Counted from the stretch's first letter, positions 47,475-59,230 are shown. The stretch: DNA of 64,000 bases from Planctomycetaceae bacterium (GCA_023260695.1 JALQUR010000438.1:1448-65447), one strand, 5' to 3'. The notes: generated from the sequence alone by a model not told the origin. A program made the numbers and translations.

Positions 47475-48658
47475 GCACCCAGGAAATTGAAATCAAGGTT
47501 CCTCCGGTTGGTGAATCCATTACCGAAGTCATGATCGGCGAATGGTATGTGGCCGAGGGCGACCAGTTTGCGGCAGACCAGAGTTTGGTCGCTCTGGAGT
47601 CTGATAAGGCTACCTTTGAAATCCCTGCTGAACAGGGTGGGATTGTCACGCGTATCCTGAAACAGGCCGGAGAAACAGCGGCTGTTCACGAAGTCATCGG
47701 CTATCTGCAGCCCGCTGCAGCTCAGGCAGCTTCTGCCCCTGCTGCGGCTCCTGCGTCTGCTCCGACCGCAGCATCATCGGCACCTGCCCCTGCTGCGGCG
47801 AAGGACTCCGGCGGACGAGTAATGCCAGCGGCTGAACGACTCATGTCCGAAAACAACATCTCCGCTGAAGCCGTCACCGGCACCGGACCTGGCGGACGGA
47901 TCCTGAAGGAAGATGTCGTTCGCGCAGCAGCATCTGCTCAGCCCGCGCCTGCAGGCCCGCGTGAAACTCGCCTTGTTACGCTCAGCCCTATTCGCCAGAC
48001 AATTGCCAGACGACTTGTTGAAGCTCAGCAGAACGCTGCTCTGCTCACCACGTTCAATGAAGTCGACATGTCGGCAGTGAAGTCACTGCGATCCACCTAC
48101 CGCGATGCGTTTGAAAAGAAGTACGGCATCAAGCTCGGCTTCATGAGCTTCTTTGTTCGCGCGGTTGTCGCCGGTCTGCAGCAGTACCCGCAGCTCAATG
48201 CTCAGATCTCCGGAAAGACCGTCACCTATTACAATTACTGCGACATCGGAATCGCCATTGGTGGGGGCAAGGGACTGGTTGTTCCCGTGCTCCGCAATGC
48301 CGAAAACATGAGCTTTGCTGACATTGAACAGGCCATCATCGAGTACGCAACACGGGCAAAGAAGAATCAGATCTCACTCGAGGAACTCGAAGGGGGAACG
48401 TTCACCATCACCAACGGTGGTGTCTATGGTTCGCTGCTGTCCACCCCCATCGTCAATCCGCCTCAAAGCGGTGTTCTGGGAATGCACGGAATCTTTGACC
48501 GCCCGGTCGCAGTGGATGGAAAAGTTGAAATCCGCCCCATGATGTATATCGCTCTCACCTATGACCACCGGATTGTGGACGGTCGGGAAGCGGTGTCATT
48601 CCTGCGACTGGTCCGTGAGATGATCGAAGACCCGACTCGACTTGTCCTGGAGGTCTGA
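47471..48658 (+). CDS. sucB: dihydrolipoyllysine-residue succinyltransferase (E2)
   Basis: Lipoyl domain motif is [12 protein letters not shown], followed by an Ala/Pro linker and a PSBD. The catalytic motif is [14 protein letters not shown]. The ATGA overlaps the sucA stop. Confidence 0.95.
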   Translation: MSTQEIEIKVPPVGESITEVMIGEWYVAEGDQFAADQSLVALESDKATFEIPAEQGGIVTRILKQAGETAAVHEVIGYLQPAAAQAASAPAAAPASAPTAASSAPAPAAAKDSGGRVMPAAERLMSENNISAEAVTGTGPGGRILKEDVVRAAASAQPAPAGPRETRLVTLSPIRQTIARRLVEAQQNAALLTTFNEVDMSAVKSLRSTYRDAFEKKYGIKLGFMSFFVRAVVAGLQQYPQLNAQISGKTVTYYNYCDIGIAIGGGKGLVVPVLRNAENMSFADIEQAIIEYATRAKKNQISLEELEGGTFTITNGGVYGSLLSTPIVNPPQSGVLGMHGIFDRPVAVDGKVEIRPMMYIALTYDHRIVDGREAVSFLRLVREMIEDPTRLVLEV

Positions 48659-48816
48659 CCGAACGGTGTGCTGTCGCAATAAACACGGCAACAGGTGCGT
48701 TGAGAATTCAATCAACAACCAGTGACAGCTCCAGACGTTCCCTCTCTGTTCCCGGATATATTCCTGTCCCTTTGGCGATGGCCTGTGCTGCCTCGCACGG
48801 AAGCATCTGAAAACTC

Positions 48817-50208
48817 ATGTCTGATCGATTCGACCTGATTGTCATTGGAGCTGGTCCGGGGGGATACGTTGCTGCGATTCGTGCAGCACAGCTGGGGAAG
48901 AAAACAGCACTCGTGGAGAGTGAATCTCGGCTGGGTGGCACCTGCCTTCGAGTCGGCTGTATCCCCAGCAAGGCGCTGCTGGAATCAAGTGAACTGTTTG
49001 AAAAGGCTGCTCATTCCTTTGCGGATCGCGGCATCAGAATCGACGGCTCGCTTCAGGTCGACCTGCAGCAGATGATGAAACACAAAGAAGGTGTCATTGA
49101 AACTCTCAATGGAGGCATCGCCGGACTCCTCCGCAAGAACAAGGTGGAGGTCTTTAACGGACGCGGGACGCTGCAGCCGAACGGAATTGTCTCTGTCAAA
49201 TCCGGTGACACCACGCAGCAGATTCAGGGCGACCGCATCCTGATTGCGACCGGCAGCGTTCCCTCATCACTTCCAGGGATTGAACTGGACGGCGATCGAG
49301 TCGGCACCAGTACTGAAGCCCTCTCATGGCCGGAAGTCCCGGAACATCTCGTCGTCATTGGTGGCGGTGTCATCGGGCTGGAACTTGGCACTGTCTGGAA
49401 ACGACTCGGCGCCAGGGTCACCATCCTTGAGTACCTGCCGAGAATCCTGCCGGGGATCGACGAACAGGTTGCAGCTGAAGCAAGAAAGATCTTTTCCGCT
49501 CAGGGACTCGAATTCCGAACCGGCACCAAAGTAACGTCCGTCGTGGGAGACAAGGATCGTGCAACGGTCAGCATCGACGGCTCTGAACCGATCATCTGTG
49601 ATCGCGTCCTCGTTGCCGTCGGAAGACGCCCCTGCACCGATTCGCTCGGACTCGACGCGGTGGGGGTGAAAACTGATCAGCGTGGATTCATACGCGTCAG
49701 CGCCAGCTACCAGACAACGGTGCGGGGAATCTATGCCATTGGCGATGTCATCGGCGGAGCAATGCTGGCCCACAAGGCTGAGGAGGAAGGGATCGCCTGC
49801 GTTGAGAAGATGTTCACCGGCTTCGGTCACATCAACTATGAAGTCATCCCGGCCGTGGTCTACACAGAACCGGAAATTGCTGCGGCAGGTGAGACCGAAG
49901 ACAGCCTGAAGGCATCTGGCAGGAAATATCGAGCCGGAAAATTTGCATTCGCAGCGAATGGTCGAGCACGTGCCGGCGGACATACCGATGGGTTCGTCAA
50001 GATCCTTGCCGACGCGGAAACAGATCGTATCCTTGGAGTTCACATCATCGGGACTCACGCAGGTGAGCTGATTCATGAAGTTGCCGTCGCCATGAACTTT
50101 GGAGCCAGCAGTGAAGATCTGGCACGCTGCTGCCACGCTCACCCAACACTGTCTGAAGCCGTCAAGGAAGCAGCGATGGCCGTTGAGAAGCGTGCGATTC
50201 ACTCCTGA
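48817..50208 (+). CDS. lpdA: dihydrolipoyl dehydrogenase (E3)
   Basis: IVIGAGPGGYVAAIRAAQLG, the redox-active GGTCLRVGCIPSKALL, and C-terminal HAHPTLSE are present. Confidence 0.95.
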   Translation: MSDRFDLIVIGAGPGGYVAAIRAAQLGKKTALVESESRLGGTCLRVGCIPSKALLESSELFEKAAHSFADRGIRIDGSLQVDLQQMMKHKEGVIETLNGGIAGLLRKNKVEVFNGRGTLQPNGIVSVKSGDTTQQIQGDRILIATGSVPSSLPGIELDGDRVGTSTEALSWPEVPEHLVVIGGGVIGLELGTVWKRLGARVTILEYLPRILPGIDEQVAAEARKIFSAQGLEFRTGTKVTSVVGDKDRATVSIDGSEPIICDRVLVAVGRRPCTDSLGLDAVGVKTDQRGFIRVSASYQTTVRGIYAIGDVIGGAMLAHKAEEEGIACVEKMFTGFGHINYEVIPAVVYTEPEIAAAGETEDSLKASGRKYRAGKFAFAANGRARAGGHTDGFVKILADAETDRILGVHIIGTHAGELIHEVAVAMNFGASSEDLARCCHAHPTLSEAVKEAAMAVEKRAIHS

Positions 50209-50641
50209 TGCAATCGCAGTTCTGCAGTACCGGATGCAGCAGCCCACAGTTTCCGGACCGGCATGTCGCAGCAGCAGACACTGGTTACCCACACGGATCG
50301 CATCAGCTCAGTTCATCTGAATCCTGACTCCGCTTCGCCGTTTCGGCGCATCCGAAACATGGAGGTCAGGCAGCAGCCGGCAGCAGCCAGGGCTGGCAGG
50401 CTGCCAGAGCGGGCAGAAACCGGATTCCGCCCGGATCATTTCGCCCCCCGGAACGCACTGCCAATTCCGTGATGCAGATCACCGACACATTCACGGCTGC
50501 CGGATTCACACCTGTCGCAACGTGGCAGCACAATTTCTGGCGATTCGCAGGAGATTATGGAAACAGGAAGCCGCCGGTCACACTGCAGGCTCCAGCGAGC
50601 CGGCGAGTGAGCCCCCGTCAGTCCCCAGGACAACCGCTGCG

Positions 50642-53600
50642 CTATTTGTCAGACCATTTCTGCAGTGACGTCACGCGTGGTTCGGGATGCTCCCGGAGAG
50701 CCTCCAGTGACTGCACGACCGCCAGAGAACCGGGCAGCGTCGTCACACAGGGAACACCGTAGGTGACTGAAGCAGCACGAATTCGACCTTCGTCGGTCCG
50801 TGCCCCCTTGCCTTCAGGCGTATTCAGAATCAGCTGAATCTCGCCATTGGCCATGTGGTCGATCAGGTTGGGTCGCCCCTCCTGAACTTTTTTCACCGTC
50901 TCCACTTCAATCCCAGCTGCCTGGAGCACTCGCGCTGTGCCGCTGGTACAGACAATCCGGTAGCCGAGTTCCTTAAGCTTGCGAGCAGGCTGGATAATTC
51001 GTTCCTTGTGCCCTGAAGCCACACTGATGAAGACTGTCCCCTCAGATGGCAGGCGAGTTCCTGCAGCAATCTGTGCCTTGGCGAATGCCAAAGGGAATTT
51101 GGCGTCAATCCCCATCACTTCGCCGGTGGAACGCATTTCCGGTCCCAGCACAATATCCACACCGTTGAACCGATTGAACGGGAATACACTCTCCTTCACG
51201 GAAGTGTATTCCGGAATAATCTCCGTTGTGTATCCGAGGTCCTGCAGTGTCTCACCCACCATGACCTTGGCTGCGATGCGGGCCAGTGAGAGACCGATCG
51301 CCTTCGACACAAAGGGTGATGTTCGACTGGCGCGAGGATTCACTTCCAGAATGAAGACCGTGTACGAATCTCCGTCCTGCTTCACGGCAAACTGAATATT
51401 CATCAACCCGCGGACCTCGAGTGCTTCAGCCAGCAGACGGGTCGCGACGCGGATTTCATCAACGACAGAATCCGGCAATGAATACGGAGGTAATGCACAG
51501 GCGGAGTCTCCGGAGTGTACACCAGCCTCTTCGATGTGCTCCATGATCCCGCCAATGACCGTGGTCGTCCCGTCTGAAACAGCGTCAACGTCCACTTCAA
51601 TCGCGTCTTCCAGAAACCGGTCGATCAGGACAGGCTTGTCAGGAGAAACATCAACCGCCTCTGACATGTAACGATCCAGGCTCTGCTGGTCGTAGCAGAT
51701 TTCCATCGCCCTCCCACCCAGCACGTAGCTGGGCCGGACCAGAACCGGGTATCCAATGCGATCTGCCGCTGCTCGAGCTGCTGCTGCCGTGGTGGCCAGA
51801 CCATTTGGTGGCTGATGCAGCCCCAGTCGCTCCAGAATCTCCTGAAACCGTGAGCGATCTTCTGCAGCGTCAATCATATCCGGGCTGGTCCCCACAATCG
51901 TCACACCAGCCGCTTCCAGCCCGCGGGCAAGGTTCAGTGGAGTCTGCCCGCCAAACTGGACAATCACACCATCCGGCTGCATGCGATCGTGGATGTTCAG
52001 AACATCTTCGATCGTCAGCGGCTCGAAAAAGAGGTGATCAGATGTATCGTAGTCCGTAGAAACCGTTTCCGGATTGGAGTTCACCATGATGCTTTCAATG
52101 CCCAGATCCCGCAAAGCAAATGCGGCCTGACAGCAGCAATAGTCAAACTCAATCCCCTGCCCGATTCTGTTGGGGCCTCCACCCAGAATCATCACACGTC
52201 GAGCCCCCTCGCCCTTCGCCGGCGTCTCATCTTCCTGTTCGTAAGTCGAATAGTAGTACGGAGTGAACGCCTCAAATTCTGCAGCACACGTGTCGACCTG
52301 TTTGAATGTAGCAACAATCCCTTCCTCAATCCGGCGGTTGCGGACGTCCATCATGGAACAGGACCACCAGTCCGCCAGCTGAAAGTCGGAGAAACCACTG
52401 CGTTTCAGAGTACGGAGCAGCTCTGCGGACGCATCCTCCAGACGCTCCGCCTGCCGGGCCTCAGCTTCCAGCTTCGTCAGCTGCTCCAGCTGACGCAGAA
52501 ACCATGGATCGATGTCCGTGATCTCATGAATCTGCTCCACGGTGATTCCGGACAGCAGAGCATATCGCAGGAAGAAAATTCGTTCGGCATTGGGAGTTGC
52601 CAGATTGGTTTTGATCTCATCAATCGCTGGCTGACGATCTGTTCCCCACAGATCCTTCTTGCCGCCCCCCAGACCAAAGTGTCCGGTTTCCAGCCCACGC
52701 AGAGCCTTCTGAAGCGACTCGCGGAAGGTGCGGCCGATTGCCATCGTCTCACCAACCGACTTCATCTGTACCGTCAGTGTCGGATCCGCCTCCGGAAACT
52801 TCTCAAACGTCCAGCGGGGAATCTTTGTGACCACATAATCAATTGTCGGCTCAAAACACGCCAGTGTTTCCCGAGTAATGTCGTTGGGGATCTCATCCAG
52901 GCTGTAGCCCACAGCCAGCTTGGCAGCAATCTTGGCAATCGGAAACCCGGTCGCCTTGGACGCCAGTGCAGACGAGCGACTGACGCGTGGATTCATCTCA
53001 ATGACAACCATCCGGCCCGTATCAGGGTCAATTGCAAACTGCACATTGGACCCGCCCGTTTCCACCCCGATCGCTCGCATCACCAGCACGGTTGCATCAC
53101 GCATCTGCTGATACTCACGGTCTGTGAGCGTCTGCGCTGGCGCGACAGTGATGGAATCTCCCGTATGCACCCCCATGGGATCAAAGTTCTCAATGGCACA
53201 GATGATGACCACGTTGTCAGCGTGATCACGCATCACTTCCATCTCATACTCTTTCCAGCCCAGAATGGACTCTTCAAGGAGCACTTCGGAGATGGGAGAT
53301 AAAGCCAGACCGCGACGAACCTTTTCTTCAAATTCGTCGATGTTGTAGGCCACGCCGCCACCCGTGCCACCCAGAGTAAAGCTGGCGCGAATGATAATCG
53401 GCAGTCCAATGTCCCTGACGGCTTCTCGAGCCTCTTCCAGCGTGTGCACCGTGGCGCTGCGGGGAACATCCAGGCCGATCGACAGCATCGTCTGCTTGAA
53501 GGCATCACGCTCTTCCGCTCGCTTGATCACATCCTCGCGAGCACCGATCATTTCGACGCCGTATTTCTCCAGAACGCCATGTCGCACCAGATCCATGGCC

Positions 53601-53893
53601 GTGTTCAGACCTGTCTGGCCGCCCAGCGTCGGCAGCAGCGCATCCGGCTTCTCATGGCGAATGATCTCTTCGACGTACTGCCATGTGATCGGCTCTACAT
53701 ATGTCGAGTCCGCCGTCTGCGGATCCGTCATGATCGTCGCCGGATTGGAATTCACGAGGACGACTTCGTAGCCTTCCTCACGCAGTGCCTTGCAGGCCTG
53801 AGTTCCGGAATAGTCAAACTCACAAGCCTGACCAATGACAATTGGCCCGGAACCGATGATCAGGATCTTGCGAATATCATTGCGACGTGGCAC
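50642..53893 (-). CDS. carB: carbamoyl-phosphate synthase large subunit
   Basis: There are two ATP-grasp halves: [25 protein letters not shown] and [24 protein letters not shown]. An MGS-like C-terminus is present. I prefer the GTG at 53893 (giving (M)[13 protein letters not shown], the canonical N-terminus) over the TTG at 53929 in the ORF track. Confidence 0.95.
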   Translation of the reverse strand: MPRRNDIRKILIIGSGPIVIGQACEFDYSGTQACKALREEGYEVVLVNSNPATIMTDPQTADSTYVEPITWQYVEEIIRHEKPDALLPTLGGQTGLNTAMDLVRHGVLEKYGVEMIGAREDVIKRAEERDAFKQTMLSIGLDVPRSATVHTLEEAREAVRDIGLPIIIRASFTLGGTGGGVAYNIDEFEEKVRRGLALSPISEVLLEESILGWKEYEMEVMRDHADNVVIICAIENFDPMGVHTGDSITVAPAQTLTDREYQQMRDATVLVMRAIGVETGGSNVQFAIDPDTGRMVVIEMNPRVSRSSALASKATGFPIAKIAAKLAVGYSLDEIPNDITRETLACFEPTIDYVVTKIPRWTFEKFPEADPTLTVQMKSVGETMAIGRTFRESLQKALRGLETGHFGLGGGKKDLWGTDRQPAIDEIKTNLATPNAERIFFLRYALLSGITVEQIHEITDIDPWFLRQLEQLTKLEAEARQAERLEDASAELLRTLKRSGFSDFQLADWWSCSMMDVRNRRIEEGIVATFKQVDTCAAEFEAFTPYYYSTYEQEDETPAKGEGARRVMILGGGPNRIGQGIEFDYCCCQAAFALRDLGIESIMVNSNPETVSTDYDTSDHLFFEPLTIEDVLNIHDRMQPDGVIVQFGGQTPLNLARGLEAAGVTIVGTSPDMIDAAEDRSRFQEILERLGLHQPPNGLATTAAAARAAADRIGYPVLVRPSYVLGGRAMEICYDQQSLDRYMSEAVDVSPDKPVLIDRFLEDAIEVDVDAVSDGTTTVIGGIMEHIEEAGVHSGDSACALPPYSLPDSVVDEIRVATRLLAEALEVRGLMNIQFAVKQDGDSYTVFILEVNPRASRTSPFVSKAIGLSLARIAAKVMVGETLQDLGYTTEIIPEYTSVKESVFPFNRFNGVDIVLGPEMRSTGEVMGIDAKFPLAFAKAQIAAGTRLPSEGTVFISVASGHKERIIQPARKLKELGYRIVCTSGTARVLQAAGIEVETVKKVQEGRPNLIDHMANGEIQLILNTPEGKGARTDEGRIRAASVTYGVPCVTTLPGSLAVVQSLEALREHPEPRVTSLQKWSDK

Positions 53894-54204
53894 TGATGGA
53901 ATTCCTGCCTGCTGGACTGGCAAGGCCAACCGAAGTCATCCGCAACATCCAAATTGCGGAGTCTCATGTCGTCATTACGGTGGCAGGAAATACCAGGTAG
54001 AGTCCTGCTCAGGTTTCAACAAAAACCACACCCAGACGACGCCGGCAGGCCGAAAAATGCGCAAAATTTCGAGCAGGTTAACAGCAATTCCGGAATGTTC
54101 AAGAAGCCTCGACGTGAGTTCCCGATGATGATGCAGGATCGGTCATTTTTCGACAGGATTCTCATTTCTCGATACACTTTGTGCCAGCATCTGTTCTGCT
54201 CCGC

Positions 54205-54289
54205 TGCGTCTGTGCGGAGACACGTGCTGTCCGCAGATACGTGCTGTTCGCAGGCACCCGCTGTTCGCAGACACCCGATCAGGTAACCC
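54205..54289. repeat. 17-bp direct tandem repeat array (4-5 units), core GCTGTNCGCAG
   Basis: The units are tgcgtctgtgcggagac (54205), acgtgctgtccgcagat (54222), acgtgctgttcgcaggc (54239), acccgctgttcgcagac (54256) and a decaying unit acccgatcaggtaaccc (54273). It lies in the carB/GT4 divergent intergenic region. Confidence 0.65.
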
Positions 54290-54340
54290 ATCTCACATCC
54301 CGTCCAACGTCGGGCGGTCCGTTCGGCAGGATTTCTCCCC

Positions 54341-55441
54341 GTGATACGTCTGGCTTTCGTGATTCCGGCACTCGACCAGTCTGGCGCCGAGCGGCAGTTG
54401 ACTCTGCTGGCAACCGGACTGCCGAGGGAAGAGTATCAGGTCCACGTTTTTGCCCTGAACCACGGCGGCTATTTTGAACAGACTCTGCGAGACGCCGCTA
54501 TCCCCTGTACCATCATTGGCAAGTGCTGTCGCTTTGACCCGCGGGCGCCCTGGCGACTACGACAGGCACTCAGAAAGTTCTCCCCCCATCTCATCCAGTC
54601 TTTCCTGTTCGCCGCCAATACCTGTGTGCGTCTGCCGGGAGTGGCACCACTGCGAGACACGCCACTGATCATCAGCGAACGCTGTGTCGATACCTGGAAA
54701 ACCCCGTGGCAGCTTGCCTGCGACCGTCTGCTCGCTCCTCGCGCCGCAGCTGTCACTGCCAACTCAGAGAGCGTGAGCAGCTTCTATCGGTCGCTGGGGG
54801 TTCCTGCCGAGCGACTGCATGTCATACCCAATGCAATAACGCCACCTGCACAACCTCAGGACCGGACTGCGGCACGCAGGCAGCTACAGCTGTCAGATCA
54901 TGAGTTCGTCATTGGATTTGCTGGACGCCTCGCGCCGCAAAAGCGTCTCCGCGATCTCATCTGGGCCTTTCATATGCTGCAACTTACGCACGCCGATCTG
55001 CGACTGACACTGCTCGGAGACGGGCCGCAGCGCAGCGCAATGCAGGAGTTCGCGGAGCACCTTGGCTGTGCCGACAGAGTTTCATTCTGCGGGCATCAGC
55101 CTGCCGCCGCTGCGCTCTGCGCAGCATTCGACTGTTTCGTGCTGCCTAGTGATTTTGAGGGCATGTCCAACAGCCTGATGGAAGCAATGCTGGCCGGACT
55201 GCCCTGCATTGTCAGTGATATTCCTGCCAACAGGGAACTGGTACAGCACGAACAGACCGGGCTGACCTACCCTGTCGGCGACTCACTGCAGCTGGCTCGG
55301 GCTATCCAGCGGGTCCGCGACACCCCCACGCTGGCCGCCGAACTTGCGAGGAACGCGACATCATTCATCACCAGTCACTGCAGCTATGAACAGATGCTCC
55401 ACAGCCATCAGCGACTCTATGCAGAATTGCTCAGACACTGA
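54341..55441 (+). CDS. glycosyltransferase family 4 (GT-B, retaining)
   Basis: GTG start. The N-terminus is MIRLAFVIPALDQSGAERQL. The C-terminal motif FVLPSDFEGMSNSLMEAMLAGLPCIVSD is of the E-x7-E type. Confidence 0.85.
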   Translation: MIRLAFVIPALDQSGAERQLTLLATGLPREEYQVHVFALNHGGYFEQTLRDAAIPCTIIGKCCRFDPRAPWRLRQALRKFSPHLIQSFLFAANTCVRLPGVAPLRDTPLIISERCVDTWKTPWQLACDRLLAPRAAAVTANSESVSSFYRSLGVPAERLHVIPNAITPPAQPQDRTAARRQLQLSDHEFVIGFAGRLAPQKRLRDLIWAFHMLQLTHADLRLTLLGDGPQRSAMQEFAEHLGCADRVSFCGHQPAAAALCAAFDCFVLPSDFEGMSNSLMEAMLAGLPCIVSDIPANRELVQHEQTGLTYPVGDSLQLARAIQRVRDTPTLAAELARNATSFITSHCSYEQMLHSHQRLYAELLRH

Positions 55442-55483
55442 GACAACCGCCAGCGGACTGACACGTCGGAGCTGGCAGCTGCA

Positions 55484-56995
55484 TCAGCTCCGCAGAATCT
55501 CACGCACCACATGGCCTTCGACGTCAGTGAGCCGGCGTTCGAGCCCATTGTGATAGAAGGTCAGCTGTTCGTGATTCAGCCCAAGCAGATGCAGGATCGT
55601 GGCATGGAAGTCGTGCACGGTCACTACATTTTCTGCTGCCCGATATCCAAACTCATCAGTGGCCCCCCACGTAAACGGAGCCCTGACTCCGGCCCCTGCC
55701 ATCCAGCTGGTGAATCCCTCCGGATTATGATCGCGTCCGCTGGCCCCCTTCTGAAATGTCGGCATACGGCCAAATTCAGTGCACCAGACAACCAGAGTTC
55801 GCTCCAGCAGCCCACGCTGTTTCAGATCAGCCAGCAGGGCCGCAGTCGGCTGATCGAATACAGGACCGTGCTTGCTGTACTGCTCCTGCAATACCTTGTG
55901 ACCATCCCAGTTACTCACGCCCTCACCACCGGTCTGGTAGGCTCCGTTGAAGATCTGCACAAAGCGAACCCCCTGCTCCAGCAGCCTGCGAGCAAGAATG
56001 CAGTTCTTCGCATAATCCGCCTTCAATCTGTTCTCCGCATCGTCCGCTCCATAGGACTTCAGTGTCGTTTCTGATTCGCTGGACAGATCAGTGATCTCGG
56101 GAATCTGCAACTGCATGCGCGCCGCCAGCTCATAACTGGCTATCCGGGCAGTCAGCTCACTGTCTTCCGGGTGCTTCTCCAGATGCCGCTGATTCAGACG
56201 CTGCAGAAATCCTCGAGCACGTCGGTCGGTGTCCGACGAGATTCCCACCGGACGAGACAGATTGCGAATGGGCTGCGAGGCGTTGAAGTCTGTGCCCTGA
56301 AATGCAGCCGGCAGAAACCCCGGCCCCCAGTTGGCCACGCTGTTCTGAGGCACGCCGCGCGGATCGGGGATGGCCACATACGCCGGCAGATCCTGGTTCT
56401 CTGTCCCCAGCGCCCAGCTGGTCCATGCTCCCACACTTGGAAATCCATCCAGCGTAAAGCCGGTGGACATATAGTTTTCACCCGGCCCGTGAGTGTTGGT
56501 CTTCCCCTTCAACGAATGCAGAAAACACATGTCATCCGCCAGCTCACCGAGCAACGGCACCAGATCGGAAATCATCTTTCCGCTCTCACCCCGGGGACGG
56601 AATTCCCACGGGCTGCGGGTCAGGTTTCCCTGCTCCCCCTGAAATGTAATCAGGCCATCGGCACCCGGCATCGGCTGACCGTTGCGTTCAATCAACTGCG
56701 GTTTGTAATCGAACGTGTCCAGATGACTGCAGGCTCCGGAACAGAAAATCACGAGCACCTGCTGAGCTGCTGCGGTAAAATGTCCCCTGCGGGCCGCAAA
56801 TGGTCTGGACGAATCAATCTCGGGACGGACAGGGACAACGCCCCCGACAGTGCCCGCACGCTGCTCGTCAGCTGCCGACTCCGCAAGCAGTGTCGCCAGA
56901 GCAATACTGCTGAGTCCTGTCCGTGTGTCTGCCAGAAATCCACGCCGATCCAGCAGATGGCTGGAGGGACCAGCCTGCAGCAACCTGTCACTCAT
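55484..56995 (-). CDS. DUF1501 domain protein (third copy, no adjacent PSCyt partner)
   Basis: I prefer the ATG at 56995 ([37 protein letters not shown], a Tat-type signal). TEFGRMP...[17 protein letters not shown] is present. Confidence 0.85.
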   Translation of the reverse strand: MSDRLLQAGPSSHLLDRRGFLADTRTGLSSIALATLLAESAADEQRAGTVGGVVPVRPEIDSSRPFAARRGHFTAAAQQVLVIFCSGACSHLDTFDYKPQLIERNGQPMPGADGLITFQGEQGNLTRSPWEFRPRGESGKMISDLVPLLGELADDMCFLHSLKGKTNTHGPGENYMSTGFTLDGFPSVGAWTSWALGTENQDLPAYVAIPDPRGVPQNSVANWGPGFLPAAFQGTDFNASQPIRNLSRPVGISSDTDRRARGFLQRLNQRHLEKHPEDSELTARIASYELAARMQLQIPEITDLSSESETTLKSYGADDAENRLKADYAKNCILARRLLEQGVRFVQIFNGAYQTGGEGVSNWDGHKVLQEQYSKHGPVFDQPTAALLADLKQRGLLERTLVVWCTEFGRMPTFQKGASGRDHNPEGFTSWMAGAGVRAPFTWGATDEFGYRAAENVVTVHDFHATILHLLGLNHEQLTFYHNGLERRLTDVEGHVVREILRS

Positions 56996-57101
56996 TCCGC
57001 TTTTCCCGAATACCCCGGGCCGCAACCTCAATTGCCCCCCGGTTTGCCTGCGTTCTCCCTCAATGCACCGGCTGTAGTCTACCAGAATCTGTCGAGCAGG
57101 C

Positions 57102-57137
57102 ATAAGAAAAGGCAGCCATCTGTGGGATGACTGCCTT
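57102..57137 (-). terminator. weak terminator candidate after prc
   Basis: Stem is aaggcag/ctgcctt (57109-57115 and 57131-57137) with a 15-nt loop. On the minus strand TTCTTAT follows. The U-tract is poor. Confidence 0.3.
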
Positions 57138-57199
57138 CATGGACTCTGCTGACCGCGACAGAGACGCTGCTCTGTATCAGCTCCGGCGGACCGGTCGCC

Positions 57200-59230
57200 T
57201 CACTGCAGTGAAGAGACCAGATCGTAATAATCCGCCATAATATTGATCAGCTCGCGGTTGTAGAAATCATCAGGGAAGATGTCCTTGTCAGCCTCGCCAG
57301 CAGCCTGCTGCATCGCCTCTTCCTCTTCCTTCTTCTCCTGCTTCAGCTCTTCTTCCTCAGCTCGAAGCGTTGCTTCATTGAGCGAAATCATCTTTTCATC
57401 CCGCCGTTCGTTGTAGCGTTCAATGAGCCGATTGATGCGTGCAAAATCGTCGTCCTGCTGCAGCCGCTCCTGACTTTGTTCAGCCAGCCTGGTGACCAGT
57501 GCGTCATTCACATTGCGGTAGGGGGAATACTTCGCTCGCGTGATCCGGTCGAATTCAAGCGCGTTGTCCATCGACTCTTCACCAATTTCACGATGGTTGA
57601 GCAGCGATGGCAGAACGATATCTGAAGTCACACCCTTGTTCTGAGTGCTGTCACCATTGACGCGGTAAAACTTGCTGATTGTCAGCTTCAAAGCACCACG
57701 CTGACGACCAAACAGTGCCAGACGATTCTGTACCGGCATTACGTTCTGCACGGTTCCCTTGCCATGCGTGGTGCGATCACCCACAACAATTCCGCGTCGA
57801 TAATCCTTGATCGCTCCTGCAAAGATCTCAGAAGCTGATGCTGAAAATCGGTTACACACAACAATCATCGGACGACGCCAGTAAACCTCCGGATCCTCAT
57901 CCTCATAGGTCTGCACACTGTCACCCGGTTCCTTGACCTGAACCACGGAACCTGTGGGAATGAACAATCCCGAGACTTCAATCGCTTCCTGCAGAGCTCC
58001 GCCGCCATTCCAGCGCAGATCCACAATCAGCATTTCCACGTCCTGGCGTTTGAATTCGTCAAGGACCGCCTTCACATCGCGTGATGTACTCTTGAACTCT
58101 CCGCCACGATTGGCACCCTGGAAATCGCGGTAGAACGACGGGATGCGAAGCACTCCGACCTTCCCCTTGCGTCCTTCCTGCCAGTCGCCCGCTTCAATCA
58201 CCTTTCCCTTGACCTCGTCCTCACTCATTTTCACTTCAGTTCGAGTAAGTTCGATGTCCTGAATATCTTCCGTTTCCTTGCGGACCTGCAGACGCACTTT
58301 GGTGCCCTTCCTGCCGCGAATCATCTCCACGACCTTGGTCAGCTTCATCTCCACCACGTCGACATATTCACTCTCACCATCGGCCGAAACTCCAATAATG
58401 CGGTCTCCGCGTTTCAGACGGCCGTCAGCGAATGCTGCTCCACCCTGAATCACTTCCTCAACCACGGTGTAGCCGTCCTCATATTTCAGGCGGGCACCGA
58501 TACCTTCAAGCGAAAGTCGCATCACCATCTCGAAATCAGCCAGCGTCTGAGGCGACATGTAGCTGGAGTGAGGATCCAGACAGTGCGTCATGGAGGACAG
58601 GAACAATTCCAGAACCTCATGCGATTCTGTCTGCTCCAGATACACTCGATTGGTACGGTAACGGTTCTTGAGACGCTCACGCGCTTCATCCAGCTCCTTG
58701 CCATCCAGTTTCAGCATCAGCAGATCAAACTTGATTCGCTTCCTCCAGCGCTCATCCAGCTCTTCCGGTGTCGCAGCCCAGCTGATGTCGTCCGGGTCTC
58801 GATGCATCTCTTCCTCAATTGTAAAGTCGACGTCGGCATCAATCAGTGCCGGAAGACGATCCGCTCGAGCAATCATGCGTTCCTGAAACAGCGTGAACAC
58901 CTCAGCCGCAAAGCTGACATCCCCCTGCAGTATCTGATCGTCCAGTTGAGTTCGCTGATCCGCAAAGGAATCAATGTCCGACTGCAGCAGATACAGCTTC
59001 TGAGAGTCCCATGCCTCCAGAAAACGATCGAACAGCTTCTCAGAAATTGCATCGTCGATCTGTGGATGATTGATGTGCCGGGAAGCAACCATGGAAGCAA
59101 CCATCTGTGCTGTCTTGCCGTCCTCATCGGAAAGCTCAACCTTCTCGGCAGCCGATAAGATGGCACCGCACGCAAAGATGGACAGTACTGCCGCCAGCAG
59201 GCTCCGCATCAACAGTCTTCCGCTTGTCAT
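57200..59230 (-). CDS. prc: tail-specific (C-terminal processing) protease, S41 family
   Basis: The ATG at 59230 is preceded by GAAGGACAGGA and gives a signal peptide. CLDPHSSYMSP is a Prc N-domain motif. A PDZ region is present. The Ser nucleophile context is NRFSASASEIFAGAIKDY and the Lys context is TTHGKGTVQ. Confidence 0.9.
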   Translation of the reverse strand: MTSGRLLMRSLLAAVLSIFACGAILSAAEKVELSDEDGKTAQMVASMVASRHINHPQIDDAISEKLFDRFLEAWDSQKLYLLQSDIDSFADQRTQLDDQILQGDVSFAAEVFTLFQERMIARADRLPALIDADVDFTIEEEMHRDPDDISWAATPEELDERWRKRIKFDLLMLKLDGKELDEARERLKNRYRTNRVYLEQTESHEVLELFLSSMTHCLDPHSSYMSPQTLADFEMVMRLSLEGIGARLKYEDGYTVVEEVIQGGAAFADGRLKRGDRIIGVSADGESEYVDVVEMKLTKVVEMIRGRKGTKVRLQVRKETEDIQDIELTRTEVKMSEDEVKGKVIEAGDWQEGRKGKVGVLRIPSFYRDFQGANRGGEFKSTSRDVKAVLDEFKRQDVEMLIVDLRWNGGGALQEAIEVSGLFIPTGSVVQVKEPGDSVQTYEDEDPEVYWRRPMIVVCNRFSASASEIFAGAIKDYRRGIVVGDRTTHGKGTVQNVMPVQNRLALFGRQRGALKLTISKFYRVNGDSTQNKGVTSDIVLPSLLNHREIGEESMDNALEFDRITRAKYSPYRNVNDALVTRLAEQSQERLQQDDDFARINRLIERYNERRDEKMISLNEATLRAEEEELKQEKKEEEEAMQQAAGEADKDIFPDDFYNRELINIMADYYDLVSSLQ

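Noticed and set aside
50209-50641. Possible small genes or terminators in the 433-nt lpdA/carB convergent spacer. Candidate ORFs are 50263..50472, 50436..50633 and 50469..50762.
   Set aside because: The peptides are R/P/A-rich and implausible. Hairpins such as gtttcgg-N5-ccgaaac lack U-tracts. Nothing is supportable from sequence alone.
54205-54289. Considered whether the 17-bp repeats could be a degenerate CRISPR array.
   Set aside because: The units are contiguous without spacers, far shorter than CRISPR repeats, and no cas genes are present.
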